Shown piece by piece: positions 9,305 through 18,663 of a stretch of DNA of 49,912 nt. Each line of letters begins with the position of its first letter. Position 1 is the first letter of the stretch. The position numbers and the translations under genes were made by a program. Under the pieces are notes generated by a model. It did no database searches. It worked only from the letters and a program-made list of their open reading frames with translations, and was not told the DNA's origin. The stretch comes from Candidatus Woesebacteria bacterium RBG_16_42_24 (GTDB lineage Bacteria; Patescibacteriota; Microgenomatia; UBA8517), in assembly GCA_001792115.1 (NCBI GenBank), contig MGFX01000001.1, forward strand, positions 188,694 through 238,605. The letters run 5' to 3'.

Positions 9305-9413
9305 GACTAGTGTATTTTACTTTATTTAATCCTAGTTACAAAATTTCCGGTTAAGTGTTTAATTTGCTTGGGGGCACTTTATCTGGTTACAATTACACAT
9401 CTAAAATTTTTCA

Positions 9414-10307
9414 ATGTCTATTGAGCTTGCAAAAACTTTTAAATTCCTGCGCCACGCCGCCGGTATGGAAGATGAAAGGTGGTTTTATAGTGAGGTTTAT
9501 TGGCCTGAAAGAGCGTTTTCCTCTGCCGTTTTCGTAGCCTACCCTTTAAGAAGATTTTATGGTTTGGGCCAACCTGAAATTATCGGAAGCGGCACAATTA
9601 GGGTTCTTAGTGCGTATTCCTCTTTAATTCAGGCATACGATAGATATTCGGATACCGCGACTATTTTACCTTCTCTTACAGAGATTAAGGAAAACCTTCT
9701 GCTCGATCAAATGGCGCAAGAAGTTATTAGGCAAGTGGATGGTACTGGACTAGACAGGGGGCAGAAGAGAGATTTAATCAGGATGGTAAATAGAAGTAGA
9801 TATACTTTATATCAAATAGAGCAGCAATATAGTGGGCGCCAGCTTTCTTCGTCGGAGGCCTTCGAGTGGAAGAAAGCTACTGGAGGAACACTTCTTTCTT
9901 CATGTGTCGCGATATTCAATAGGTGCCTATCTATTGGAGTTGAAGGAGCAAGTGTCGAGCAATCAGCTTTTTGGTACGGAGCAAATATTCAGCTATTAGA
10001 CGATACGGTAGATGTTGGTTCCGACATTTTAGCAGGAAGACAAACTCCGGTTATTTCGCTATTAAAAGAAAAAGGAGAGTATCGGGGAGTTGTCGATTAT
10101 ACTAGCAATGGTAGAAGATATTCTTTTGGGGCATTGCGTAATTTAGCTCCCCAGACAGTTTCATTGGTTGAACAAAAGAGACGGGAGTATCTAGATCAAG
10201 TTCCGCCTCTATTTACACTGGATGGATACCAGGAAATCTGTGACCCTTCCCTTACGCCTATTATTTTCAGGCTTTATTCGGCTGCGTCGAGGCGGGTTTC
10301 ACATTGA
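9414..10307 (+). CDS. Class I isoprenoid-synthase-fold (polyprenyl synthetase-like) protein
   Basis: First Asp-rich motif AYDRYSD, KKATG, second motif QLLDDTVD followed by D-ILAGRQT. Confidence 0.6.
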   Translation: MSIELAKTFKFLRHAAGMEDERWFYSEVYWPERAFSSAVFVAYPLRRFYGLGQPEIIGSGTIRVLSAYSSLIQAYDRYSDTATILPSLTEIKENLLLDQMAQEVIRQVDGTGLDRGQKRDLIRMVNRSRYTLYQIEQQYSGRQLSSSEAFEWKKATGGTLLSSCVAIFNRCLSIGVEGASVEQSAFWYGANIQLLDDTVDVGSDILAGRQTPVISLLKEKGEYRGVVDYTSNGRRYSFGALRNLAPQTVSLVEQKRREYLDQVPPLFTLDGYQEICDPSLTPIIFRLYSAASRRVSH

Positions 10308-10367
10308 TTAAAAGTTCGAGCTTCGGCTTGTCAAGCTAACGCCTTTTTGTTAAACTTTCCCACACTC

Positions 10368-11306
10368 ATGAGGAAGATAAGAACGATAATCTTAATCCTT
10401 TTAGGATTTGGAATTTTGACCGGCGCTGGATTGGCTCTATTGGGTTATCTTAGAAGCGGAAATGCGGGGCTTCTCGTTGAGTCAATACCTTCCTCTTCAG
10501 TTTATATCGCCGGCGAACAGGTAGGCCGTACTCCGTATGAGGCAAATCTCGATCCGGGTGAAGTAGTTGTGAAGTTGATCCCCGACGCAACCGATCGGGC
10601 ATTAGCCCCATTTGAGACAAAGGTAACATTGAGTTCTGGAATAAAAACCAATATCAGAAGGGAATTTGGGGAGACGGAAGAAACCTCTGTCGGCGAGATT
10701 GTTTCTTTTGAGAAAATTGGAGGTAAAGAGGTGAGCATTTCGGTAGTAACAACTCCAAATTCAGCCCAAATATCAGTCGATGGAACCGTCCGAGGTTTTG
10801 CCCCTTATAAAACCACCTCTATTACCCCAGGAGAGCATTCGTTGGTTATTTCTTCCCAGGGATATATCGATAGAACGATTACAGTTAAAGCGACAATTGG
10901 ATACAGATTAACGATTGTTGTTAAGCTTAAACCCAGTGAGGAGGCAGAGCCTCCTGAAGAAATAGAAGGGGAGGCGGTTGAAAAGAAGGTAATGGTTGAA
11001 ATATTATCCACTCCGACCGGGTTTCTGAGGGTTAGGGAAGCAGCCTCAACCGCGGCTAAAGAATTGACACAAGTAAAGCCGGGCCAGAGATTTCCATTTG
11101 TTGAAGAAGATACCGAGAATAACTGGTTTAAAATTGAATACCTGCCTGCGCAGGCAGGCGAAGAAGGAAAAGAAGGTTGGGTAACCGGCCAATATGCTAA
11201 AAAGGTTGAAGTTGAGCCGACAAAGGCGGCAAGTCCGTCAGCTACCCTCACCCCAACCAAAAAGCCTACGCCAACCCCGACACTAGTCCCTTCAGTTACT
11301 CCTTAG
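10368..11306 (+). CDS. Secreted/anchored PEGA-domain plus SH3b-domain protein with Thr-Pro tail
   Basis: N-terminal TM, two PEGA-like repeats (VYIAGEQVGRTPY; ISVDGTVRGFAPY), TGFLRVRE...WFKIEY...EGWV SH3b motif. Confidence 0.82.
   Translation: MRKIRTIILILLGFGILTGAGLALLGYLRSGNAGLLVESIPSSSVYIAGEQVGRTPYEANLDPGEVVVKLIPDATDRALAPFETKVTLSSGIKTNIRREFGETEETSVGEIVSFEKIGGKEVSISVVTTPNSAQISVDGTVRGFAPYKTTSITPGEHSLVISSQGYIDRTITVKATIGYRLTIVVKLKPSEEAEPPEEIEGEAVEKKVMVEILSTPTGFLRVREAASTAAKELTQVKPGQRFPFVEEDTENNWFKIEYLPAQAGEEGKEGWVTGQYAKKVEVEPTKAASPSATLTPTKKPTPTPTLVPSVTP
11141..11158. repeat. 18-bp perfect palindrome in frame inside the SH3b domain
   Basis: CCTGCCTGCGCAGGCAGG encodes LPAQAG. Confidence 0.85.
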
Positions 11307-12235
11307 ACAAAAGAGGAAATACCTCCATAAAGTATGAAGACGACCATGGCGATCCAGACGCCAACTGCCACAAGTAGTGCAACATCCGTTAGAAGAATTT
11401 TCTCCGGGGATTCGCTTCTATCTTCAAAAATCAGACTTTCGTAGCGCATTATCCCGAAAATTACAACGGGAATGGTAACCATTAGAAGTTTATTGACAGT
11501 AGTTGCTTTTGAAATCTCGGCAAGGAATAGCCAAATCGGAAGGGTTGCAGGTGGGGATTCAAAAAATGTAAAAAGGGACCAACTCATCCAAGAAGCATTT
11601 CCAAACATTGTAACGTAGGAGTTAAGGAGTTCACTTTTGTAATGAGTTAGGCTTTCTCGCGTTGTTCCACTCTCGGGAAGGATGCTAAGTTCCGCCCTTC
11701 TTTTACCAGAAGCCAAAAAAAGCGCAACCGATATAACGCAAAGCAGGAACCAAACGGACAAGTGTGCGTTAATTACAACGGCACCGGCATACACTCTTAT
11801 TACAAAACCCGATGCAATAATGAGAATGTCTATAGTTGCAAGCCTTTTTAGGCCTAGGCTATATACAACTTGAACGACAAGGTAGACAAGAACCAGGAGA
11901 AAAAAAAGAGGGTGAAGTAGGCGTGCAATATAAAGAGATGAAAGGGAAAAAAGAAGAGACATGAGGAGCGCAAAAGGAACTGAAAGCGTGCCTTTAGCAA
12001 TAGGTCGATACCTTTTTATCGGATGTAACCTGTCGTGTTTAGCATCCATAATGTCGTTTAAGATGTAAGTTCCCGAAGTTACAAGGCAAAAAGAGACAAA
12101 AGCCCAGACAACCTGAATGAAATACGATTTGATAAAAAAGGTTCCGGAAAAAATTAAAGCGGCAAAAAGCGCGAGGTTTTTAACCCAGTGAAGGGGCCGA
12201 GCTATTTTGACGATTTCGAGCGGTAAGTTAACCAT
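11303..12235 (-). CDS. UbiA-family prenyltransferase (decaprenyl-phosphate phosphoribosyltransferase-like)
   Basis: ARPLHWVKN, YILNDIMDAKHDRLHPIKRYRPIA, GKRRAEL; start moved to ATG 12235. Confidence 0.88.
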   Translation of the reverse strand: MVNLPLEIVKIARPLHWVKNLALFAALIFSGTFFIKSYFIQVVWAFVSFCLVTSGTYILNDIMDAKHDRLHPIKRYRPIAKGTLSVPFALLMSLLFSLSSLYIARLLHPLFFLLVLVYLVVQVVYSLGLKRLATIDILIIASGFVIRVYAGAVVINAHLSVWFLLCVISVALFLASGKRRAELSILPESGTTRESLTHYKSELLNSYVTMFGNASWMSWSLFTFFESPPATLPIWLFLAEISKATTVNKLLMVTIPVVIFGIMRYESLIFEDRSESPEKILLTDVALLVAVGVWIAMVVFILYGGISSFV

Positions 12236-13278
12236 AAAGTAAGTCCTCCAAGAAGCGCGGCAATACCGACCATTGTATATAACTTTGAGGCAGTCTTCAA
12301 ATTTAAGGCCAAGATTCCCAGGATGAAAGTTATCAACCAATAAAAAACTGCCACTTTAGGCTTCCCCCAGCCGATATCAAGGAGTCTATGGTGAAGGTGC
12401 CCCCGATCTCCCCAGACAGGAGATTTTCCCGCTGCAACTCTTCTAATAATTGTATAACCGGTATCAATGAGTGGGACTCCTAAAACTACCATCAGGGTTC
12501 CAACCTTAGTTGTCGAAAGGATGGAAAGAACAGCAAGCAGGTATCCTGCGAGAGTAGCCCCTCCGTAAGAAGGCATTATTTTTTGAGGGTAAATATGCCA
12601 AGGAAGAAAACCAAGATATGCACCAGCTGTAATTACCGCAAGGATAATTACCGGCCATTGGGCAATATCCGCTGAAAATCCGAGAGAAAGAGCGGCGATT
12701 GTCAGGGCAGCGATAACGACGACTCCGGTTAGTTGCCCATCCACACCTTTAGCCCCCATATTGAGCATATTCATCATGAGTACTATCCAAATCAAGGCGA
12801 AGGAGTCAGAAAGGACCCAAATATTCCTTGCCTCTCCCAGTAGATTCAGACTAATCTGCGGGTGTGAAAGGTCGATAATCCCGCCCGATGGGTTTGAGAT
12901 GAATGAAATCCCAATGCCAGCGATGATTGGAGCGGCAGCTGCGGCAAATCCGGCGAGCAACCTCAAGTAGGGGTTCAAGTCGTATTTATCATCGGCAAGG
13001 CCCATAACAATGATGATAGTTGCCCCGGCCAAGATGCCGACGAGATGTTTATCAAGGGGTAGGAAAATTAAGGCCGAGATAAGGACCCCAAAATAAATTG
13101 CGAGTCCCCCGCCTCTGGGAGTAGGATATGTGTGGATTACTTTTGGATGGACGTGCTTGGCCGGGTCGTCGATCATCCCCCAAGCTTTGGCGAGCTTGAT
13201 TACAAGGGGCGTGGCCAGGAAGGAAACTATCGCCGCAAGTGCAAGTGGTAAAAGTACAAATTCGAATAAATTCGGCAT
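12202..13278 (-). CDS. MraY/WecA-like glycosyltransferase family 4 (polyprenyl-phosphate hexose-1-P transferase)
   Basis: PTPRGGGLAI, GLADDKY, GVDGQL, KIMPSYGG, DRGHLHHRL. Confidence 0.92.
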   Translation of the reverse strand: MPNLFEFVLLPLALAAIVSFLATPLVIKLAKAWGMIDDPAKHVHPKVIHTYPTPRGGGLAIYFGVLISALIFLPLDKHLVGILAGATIIIVMGLADDKYDLNPYLRLLAGFAAAAAPIIAGIGISFISNPSGGIIDLSHPQISLNLLGEARNIWVLSDSFALIWIVLMMNMLNMGAKGVDGQLTGVVVIAALTIAALSLGFSADIAQWPVIILAVITAGAYLGFLPWHIYPQKIMPSYGGATLAGYLLAVLSILSTTKVGTLMVVLGVPLIDTGYTIIRRVAAGKSPVWGDRGHLHHRLLDIGWGKPKVAVFYWLITFILGILALNLKTASKLYTMVGIAALLGGLTLWLTYRSKSSK

Positions 13279-13650
13279 TTATATGTTTCCGACAAGAAAA
13301 ACGATTTTTAGAGTCGCAATGGTTGAAAAAAAAGAAGAAGCAACCCCCGCCAGTATCAGGGTTTTTTTAAGAAATTCATCCTCAACCACCAATCCGAGTA
13401 AAAAATTGATACCTAAAATTCCTGAGGAGGTAAGCGAAGGCAGGATTAGTGCCCAAGACGGAGCAACCACTTTTTCAGCCTCGGCCATACCGTAATATAA
13501 AGGTATTTGGGGAGGTAGAATAGGTTGGATAATAAAGGCGATCACCCCTACCGCAAAATTTAGAATAAATGCAATGATAATAAATTTCATTAAGGGATAG
13601 CCCGCAACTTGTGACTCGGTAAGAGCATTTACCTCCCAAAACGTTTTCAT
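13279..13650 (-). CDS. Small membrane protein (start uncertain)
   Basis: Three hydrophobic segments and LPPQIPLYYG motif; lies within the glycosylation operon. Confidence 0.65.
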   Translation of the reverse strand: MKTFWEVNALTESQVAGYPLMKFIIIAFILNFAVGVIAFIIQPILPPQIPLYYGMAEAEKVVAPSWALILPSLTSSGILGINFLLGLVVEDEFLKKTLILAGVASSFFSTIATLKIVFLVGNI

Positions 13651-13678
13651 GGATTGTCCGATTGTATTAAAAAGGGTG

Positions 13679-15175
13679 TCAGCGAGCAAGGAGAGCCCGG
13701 ATAGTGGGATTTGCTAGGTAGTAGATTTGGGCTCCATCTACCTCGTCGATCAAAATGTAATTTTTCCTAGTAAATAACGAAAGCTCCTTAAATCCCGGAG
13801 CATTTGGGAGAATTACAATAATGGCGGGGTTGTCGAATCCTAATATCCTAATAGTTTCCTCTTGCGAGAAAAAGTCGTTAATGTGATAAGTCGCGACGTA
13901 TTTTAGGGGCGGGAACCTCCGGGTAAGTGCGTAAATTGGCGGGCTATCACCCCAGACGAAAATTTTATCCTTTTTACTGGTTGACTTTAGTACTACGTCG
14001 GCAATTTTGTAGTTCCTGTTTACATTTCCATCGAACTTTGCGAAATACGCTTCCTTACCTATCCTGCCGACTGCGAACTCTAAGAATCGGCCGTAGTAAC
14101 TAGTTGTTGGGTAATAGTAGAACTTGTAGTAAACAGGAACAAGAAATGTGAGAGTTAGAGGAATTATTACCAAGACCTGCTCAAGAGTCTTGTCGGCTAG
14201 TAGTATTGCCAAAAGGAAAGATAAGGGGGGAACCGATTGAATCAGGTAGTGAGTGTATGGACGCTCAGAGAGAGTTGCCGCAAAAAGTGAAAAAAGTACC
14301 CAAAGACTTAGAAGCACAAAGGTTTTTGAAAGCTTTGCACGCTTAAGATAAAGAATTAGAGTTCCCAACCCGACTACCCCGGCCCGGATAAGAAGTGGGG
14401 CATTTTTGACCAGGAAAGGTTGGGAAGAGACTACCGGTCTCCAGGAAGACAAATATCCGACGTTTTGTAAGAAAGCGGCAACGACATACTCGGCTAGCGC
14501 TCCCTTTAGGAAGTACCAGAGGAGACTTAGAGCGATTGGTGAGAAGAGTCCAAGTAAAAGAAAGAAGGTTTTTCGGACAAAAGCCTTGATTTCTTCTTTC
14601 CCGCCTTTCAGATAGATTAGCCAGAAGGCAAGTATCACAGGTATATCGAAGGCAGCAGGAACCTTAAAAAGTGTAGCCGCGGAAAAAAATAGTCCTGCAA
14701 GAAATAAGTTTTTGAAATCAAGCTTGCGGGTCAGAAGAATCAAAAAAGCGACAAGAGTGGGCCCTATCATAAAAACTTCGGCATTGGCAATCTGACCTTC
14801 GAGAAGAGGAAGGGTTGTAAGGAGGGCGAATATTACCGTGGCTACTTTCTGAACTTTTTCTCTTTTAGGAAGGATTACTTGGGCTAGCTTCCAGAAAATA
14901 TAAATAGTCGCCAGATTCCAAAAAGCCAAGATCGCTCTTAACCAAAATACGTTTCCGGCAATTGCCGCAATGATATAAAGAAGCGGAGGTTTATTGTCGT
15001 GGATGTCCCTATAAAGGGTCATTCCCTGCCTCATCGCCTCACCGAGGGTTAGATAAATCATTTCATCCCCATAAGAGAAAGGTTCAAAAAACGAAGGAAT
15101 CCTTAGGATGATGACAACTGCGAAAAGGATTATTAACCAATTAGGGGCGTGAATTTTATCGAGAATATTTCTCAT
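13679..15175 (-). CDS. GT-C fold glycosyltransferase (ArnT/PMT-like)
   Basis: Polytopic; GDEMIY, LYRDIHDNKPP, ANAEVF, C-terminal periplasmic FVWGDSP domain. Confidence 0.8.
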   Translation of the reverse strand: MRNILDKIHAPNWLIILFAVVIILRIPSFFEPFSYGDEMIYLTLGEAMRQGMTLYRDIHDNKPPLLYIIAAIAGNVFWLRAILAFWNLATIYIFWKLAQVILPKREKVQKVATVIFALLTTLPLLEGQIANAEVFMIGPTLVAFLILLTRKLDFKNLFLAGLFFSAATLFKVPAAFDIPVILAFWLIYLKGGKEEIKAFVRKTFFLLLGLFSPIALSLLWYFLKGALAEYVVAAFLQNVGYLSSWRPVVSSQPFLVKNAPLLIRAGVVGLGTLILYLKRAKLSKTFVLLSLWVLFSLFAATLSERPYTHYLIQSVPPLSFLLAILLADKTLEQVLVIIPLTLTFLVPVYYKFYYYPTTSYYGRFLEFAVGRIGKEAYFAKFDGNVNRNYKIADVVLKSTSKKDKIFVWGDSPPIYALTRRFPPLKYVATYHINDFFSQEETIRILGFDNPAIIVILPNAPGFKELSLFTRKNYILIDEVDGAQIYYLANPTIRALLAR

Positions 15176-16461
15176 AATTTTTCATTCCCCACACCATTTA
15201 GTGTGGGGGTGTACCAGACGAATTTCAGCGTTCCAAAAACCCTCTCGCTTTCTTTAGTATAACCAGGCAAGCTAATTTCCTCAATGGGGCCGCTCGTAAC
15301 TACCCCTACTCGTCCAGAGACCGAAGGAAGGGTTGTGATAATATCGTCTTCCTCCATAAGAGCGGTACCTACAAAAAATGGAAGTTCACCTCCTCCTGGC
15401 ACATAAATAGGCCCTCCTATGCCGTAATATTTAGTTTCCCAGATATGGTGCGTTCCGTTTGAATACCAGTTCACGATAAAATCGCCGTCATCCAGGGTAG
15501 CTTTGACGTAAGTTGCGAGGTCCCTAAAGGGTCTTTTAATGGGATGGGTGAAATAGTAAAAGGTGGCTATTAAGAAAAAAATTAGAGTAATTGCGATAAA
15601 ATACTTTGAGAACTTTTGCATTTGAGATCCCGCAAGGAGCATGGCTCCGGGGATTGTGTATAGAAGGTACCTGTCAAAAAATATTGACGAGAATTTTTGC
15701 GAAATTAACCAAGCGAAAGCTATGGGGCCGGCAAACCATAATAGAAGAAATACACTTTTTTCCAAGTTTTTCTTCCAGTCTCTGAGAATTAGGGCAATGA
15801 GGCTAATATTGAGGTAGGTAAGAATTAATTTTCCCAGGTCTGGGACGCTCGGGGTTCCCAACCAAAAACCCCCGCCGACCATTCTGGTTTGGTTATATAG
15901 CGGGATTAGCCAAGGAGTATATAAAATTCCTATCGCTACGAAAGATTTAAGAATAGAATACGCGACCTTTTTTTCCCCCCAAAAGAACTCTTTTAGGAAC
16001 CAAAGGCCTTGAATAAAAACCGCAAATATTGAGAAATGGTGTGAATATAGTGCCGCGGAAGTAGCCAAAACGTATCCGACCCACTTTTGGGTGAGAAAGA
16101 AATACATCGAAGCAGTTACAGCCGCAGCGAGGATCGAATACATCCTCCCTTCAAAGGCATAGATAAAGAAGAATGGGTTAAGAAAGGTCAAAACCGAAGC
16201 AAGAATTGCCGTTTTTTTATCCCAGAGATGGTTGGCAATTTTATAAACAAAAAAGACCGCAATTAGATAGTAGAGGAAGGAAAGACTTCTTACTGCAATT
16301 TCGCTTGTCCCAAAAATCTGAAACCAGATGTGTTCAGTGAGGTTATATAGTGGAGGGGAAGTATCGCGGGCGATGATACTAATGATTTCGGGGATAGGCT
16401 TCATAGAAAGAATTGCAGAGAAAGCTTCGTCTCCCCATAAACTGGCAGTAAATTGATTCAC
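15172..16461 (-). CDS. GT-C fold glycosyltransferase (GT39-like)
   Basis: SLWGDEAFS, DTSPPLY, EGRMYS, FFDRYL; GTG start. Confidence 0.82.
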   Translation of the reverse strand: MNQFTASLWGDEAFSAILSMKPIPEIISIIARDTSPPLYNLTEHIWFQIFGTSEIAVRSLSFLYYLIAVFFVYKIANHLWDKKTAILASVLTFLNPFFFIYAFEGRMYSILAAAVTASMYFFLTQKWVGYVLATSAALYSHHFSIFAVFIQGLWFLKEFFWGEKKVAYSILKSFVAIGILYTPWLIPLYNQTRMVGGGFWLGTPSVPDLGKLILTYLNISLIALILRDWKKNLEKSVFLLLWFAGPIAFAWLISQKFSSIFFDRYLLYTIPGAMLLAGSQMQKFSKYFIAITLIFFLIATFYYFTHPIKRPFRDLATYVKATLDDGDFIVNWYSNGTHHIWETKYYGIGGPIYVPGGGELPFFVGTALMEEDDIITTLPSVSGRVGVVTSGPIEEISLPGYTKESERVFGTLKFVWYTPTLNGVGNEKL

Positions 16462-16514
16462 AAATTCAGTTTAGCATATGGAAATTAAACGAAGGACTGA
16501 TATACAATTATTTG

Positions 16515-17159
16515 ATGGACCCCGTACCTCCGTCAGTCCCCATGCCCCAACAGCCGCCTGCGTCACCTTCAGAGCCTACTCCTAACCAAATGCCCGCCAC
16601 CCCCCAAAGTAATATTTCGGGAGGAACAAATAAGGGAGGATTTATCGCCAGAGCAGCAGCATCAATTGCAGACGGATTTGTAATAGGATTTGCTACGACC
16701 CTACTATCCATGCTTCTAAAAGCCGTAGGACTTGGTTCCTCAATTTCACAAATAGTTAATGGGCTTATCTATATTGTTTATGTAGTTTTGGCAATTGGGC
16801 TTTACGGTAAAACCCTGGGTAAGGCCGCATTCGGCTTAAGGGTGGTAAATTACGAAAACGTAAGCCCCGGAATTCCAATGGCAATTTTACGCGAAGTAGT
16901 TGGTAAGTTTATTTCTTCCTTAGTATTAAATCTAGGATTCCTCTGGATTATTTGGGATAAAAATAAGCAAGGGTGGCACGACAAGATTGCCAAAACTTAT
17001 GTCCTCCAGGAAGTGCCATTTAAAGGATTTAAAAAGGTTCTGGCTTATATCCTGGTATTGGGTCTGCCGGTCTTAGCCATTCTAGGGATAATAGCCGTTG
17101 TCGGTGTAGTTACCCTTCTTCCTGGTCCCAGTGGTTGTGGTTTCCGTGGTTGTTTATAA
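16515..17159 (+). CDS. RDD family membrane protein
   Basis: ARAAASIAD, GKTLGKAAFGLRVV, KQGWHDKIAKT; TACAAT-N6-ATG. Confidence 0.88.
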   Translation: MDPVPPSVPMPQQPPASPSEPTPNQMPATPQSNISGGTNKGGFIARAAASIADGFVIGFATTLLSMLLKAVGLGSSISQIVNGLIYIVYVVLAIGLYGKTLGKAAFGLRVVNYENVSPGIPMAILREVVGKFISSLVLNLGFLWIIWDKNKQGWHDKIAKTYVLQEVPFKGFKKVLAYILVLGLPVLAILGIIAVVGVVTLLPGPSGCGFRGCL

Positions 17160-17170
17160 CCTACTTGCCA

Positions 17171-18661
17171 TTAGACCTTCTCTGTAACTCTATATTCCAA
17201 ATATTTCCCAAGCATAAGGCGCGTGTGGGCGTCAAGGCCGGGAAGGGCCGAGAAAAAGAATCCCGCAATGGGCATTAAGACAAATTCAAGGGGGGTAAGA
17301 AGAGCCCTCCAAGCGGGGATTTCTTTGGGCCTTTTGGGTTTATAGATATTGTCGATAATAAACATCACAACCAAAAAACCAAGTGCCAGTGTCAGAATTA
17401 GAGAGGAGAGTTTGGGAACCATATAGCCGAGAGAAGTCCTCCCGAAAGCCGGATTTAAAATAGTTGGAAGGGTAACTCCGATGGTTATGATAAACCAGTT
17501 AACCGGCCAGAAGAAGTGGGCCTGTATAAAATATAAAACCCTCATGGTTTTTTCAAAAAAGGGGACGTCTTTACTTAAAAGATAATTTTTGAGTATCCAA
17601 GGAGTATCCGAGACTCCCCAAGCCCAGCGTACCTGTTGTTGATAATAGCTTTTGAGTGTTTGAAAAAGAGTTTGTCCTTGGGCCGCGTCGGAATAAACGG
17701 GTAAATAGAGAGGCTCGACTTCAATGCCCCCTTTCTTTGCAAAAAACGCCTTAAAAAATATTCCCCAATCCTCTGGAATTTTATCCGGGTCCCAATAGCC
17801 GACTTCGTCAAGTAGTTTAAATGAAAGCGAATAATTTTGTTGTGATAGGAGTCTATCGCGTCTAGGAAGTTGGGAAAAATTCCAAATGGTAGAAAGGGTG
17901 TTGGGAACGCGGGTAATTGCGGGAAGTGCCCAAATATTGTTATAAAACATTACAGCCGGTTGCCAAAAAAGCTGGTACCTTTTGGGATTATCTAAGAATT
18001 TATAGGCGAGGACCGCAAAGTGTTTTGGATGAAATATGTGGTCCGCGTCACTACTGGTTATTGTCATGTAGCCGATATCTAAATTTCGTTTATCTATAAG
18101 TTCCTTCTTAGTCCAAATTGCCGCATGGCGCTCATTTGAGGATTTTCCGGTGACCTCGCCGATCTCAAGTTCATGAACCGTTACAAAAAGGTTGGCAAAA
18201 TACCTCTCAAATTTCTTTTTGAGCGTATTCACCTTGGCTTCTCTATCTTGTCTGGGTTCTTTTCCTTCCATAGCCAAGACAAGGGTCATTTGTTTTGTGG
18301 GAAATTCTTGGGCGACTAATGAATTGAAAGTCCGCTCAAGGATATGAAGGGGTTCTTTATAGGTAGGAATTATTACAACATGATGAACTCTTTGGGCATC
18401 TGGGAAGCCATTGACGTCCGCCATCCAGTTATACGCCATCGCAGCTTGGATTTTTAGGTGGGAAATAGTCGAAGTAACTGCGATTTGAAGGGACTGATAA
18501 AACCAATAGATGTTAAAACCTAAAACAAAGTAAGCAACTAATGTTGGAACTAGGAAAATCCCCCAATAAGGGAAAAGAATAATATTCCAGGAAAAAAATC
18601 CGGGAAGAATTTCAAGAATTCTATAAACTAACCGTTCGTTTTTAGTAATAAATCCCCGCAT
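17171..18661 (-). CDS. Membrane-bound GT2 glycosyltransferase
   Basis: IIPTYKE, SSDAD (DxD), IPEDW and QQVRW (QxxRW). Confidence 0.88.
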   Translation of the reverse strand: MRGFITKNERLVYRILEILPGFFSWNIILFPYWGIFLVPTLVAYFVLGFNIYWFYQSLQIAVTSTISHLKIQAAMAYNWMADVNGFPDAQRVHHVVIIPTYKEPLHILERTFNSLVAQEFPTKQMTLVLAMEGKEPRQDREAKVNTLKKKFERYFANLFVTVHELEIGEVTGKSSNERHAAIWTKKELIDKRNLDIGYMTITSSDADHIFHPKHFAVLAYKFLDNPKRYQLFWQPAVMFYNNIWALPAITRVPNTLSTIWNFSQLPRRDRLLSQQNYSLSFKLLDEVGYWDPDKIPEDWGIFFKAFFAKKGGIEVEPLYLPVYSDAAQGQTLFQTLKSYYQQQVRWAWGVSDTPWILKNYLLSKDVPFFEKTMRVLYFIQAHFFWPVNWFIITIGVTLPTILNPAFGRTSLGYMVPKLSSLILTLALGFLVVMFIIDNIYKPKRPKEIPAWRALLTPLEFVLMPIAGFFFSALPGLDAHTRLMLGKYLEYRVTEKV

Positions 18662-18663
18662 GA

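Noticed and set aside
13590-13650. Possible 1-nt frameshift giving an alternative N-terminus (MLLPSHKLRAIP...)
   Set aside because: The SD would be only 2 nt from that ATG and in-frame ATGs exist; cannot be supported without orthologues
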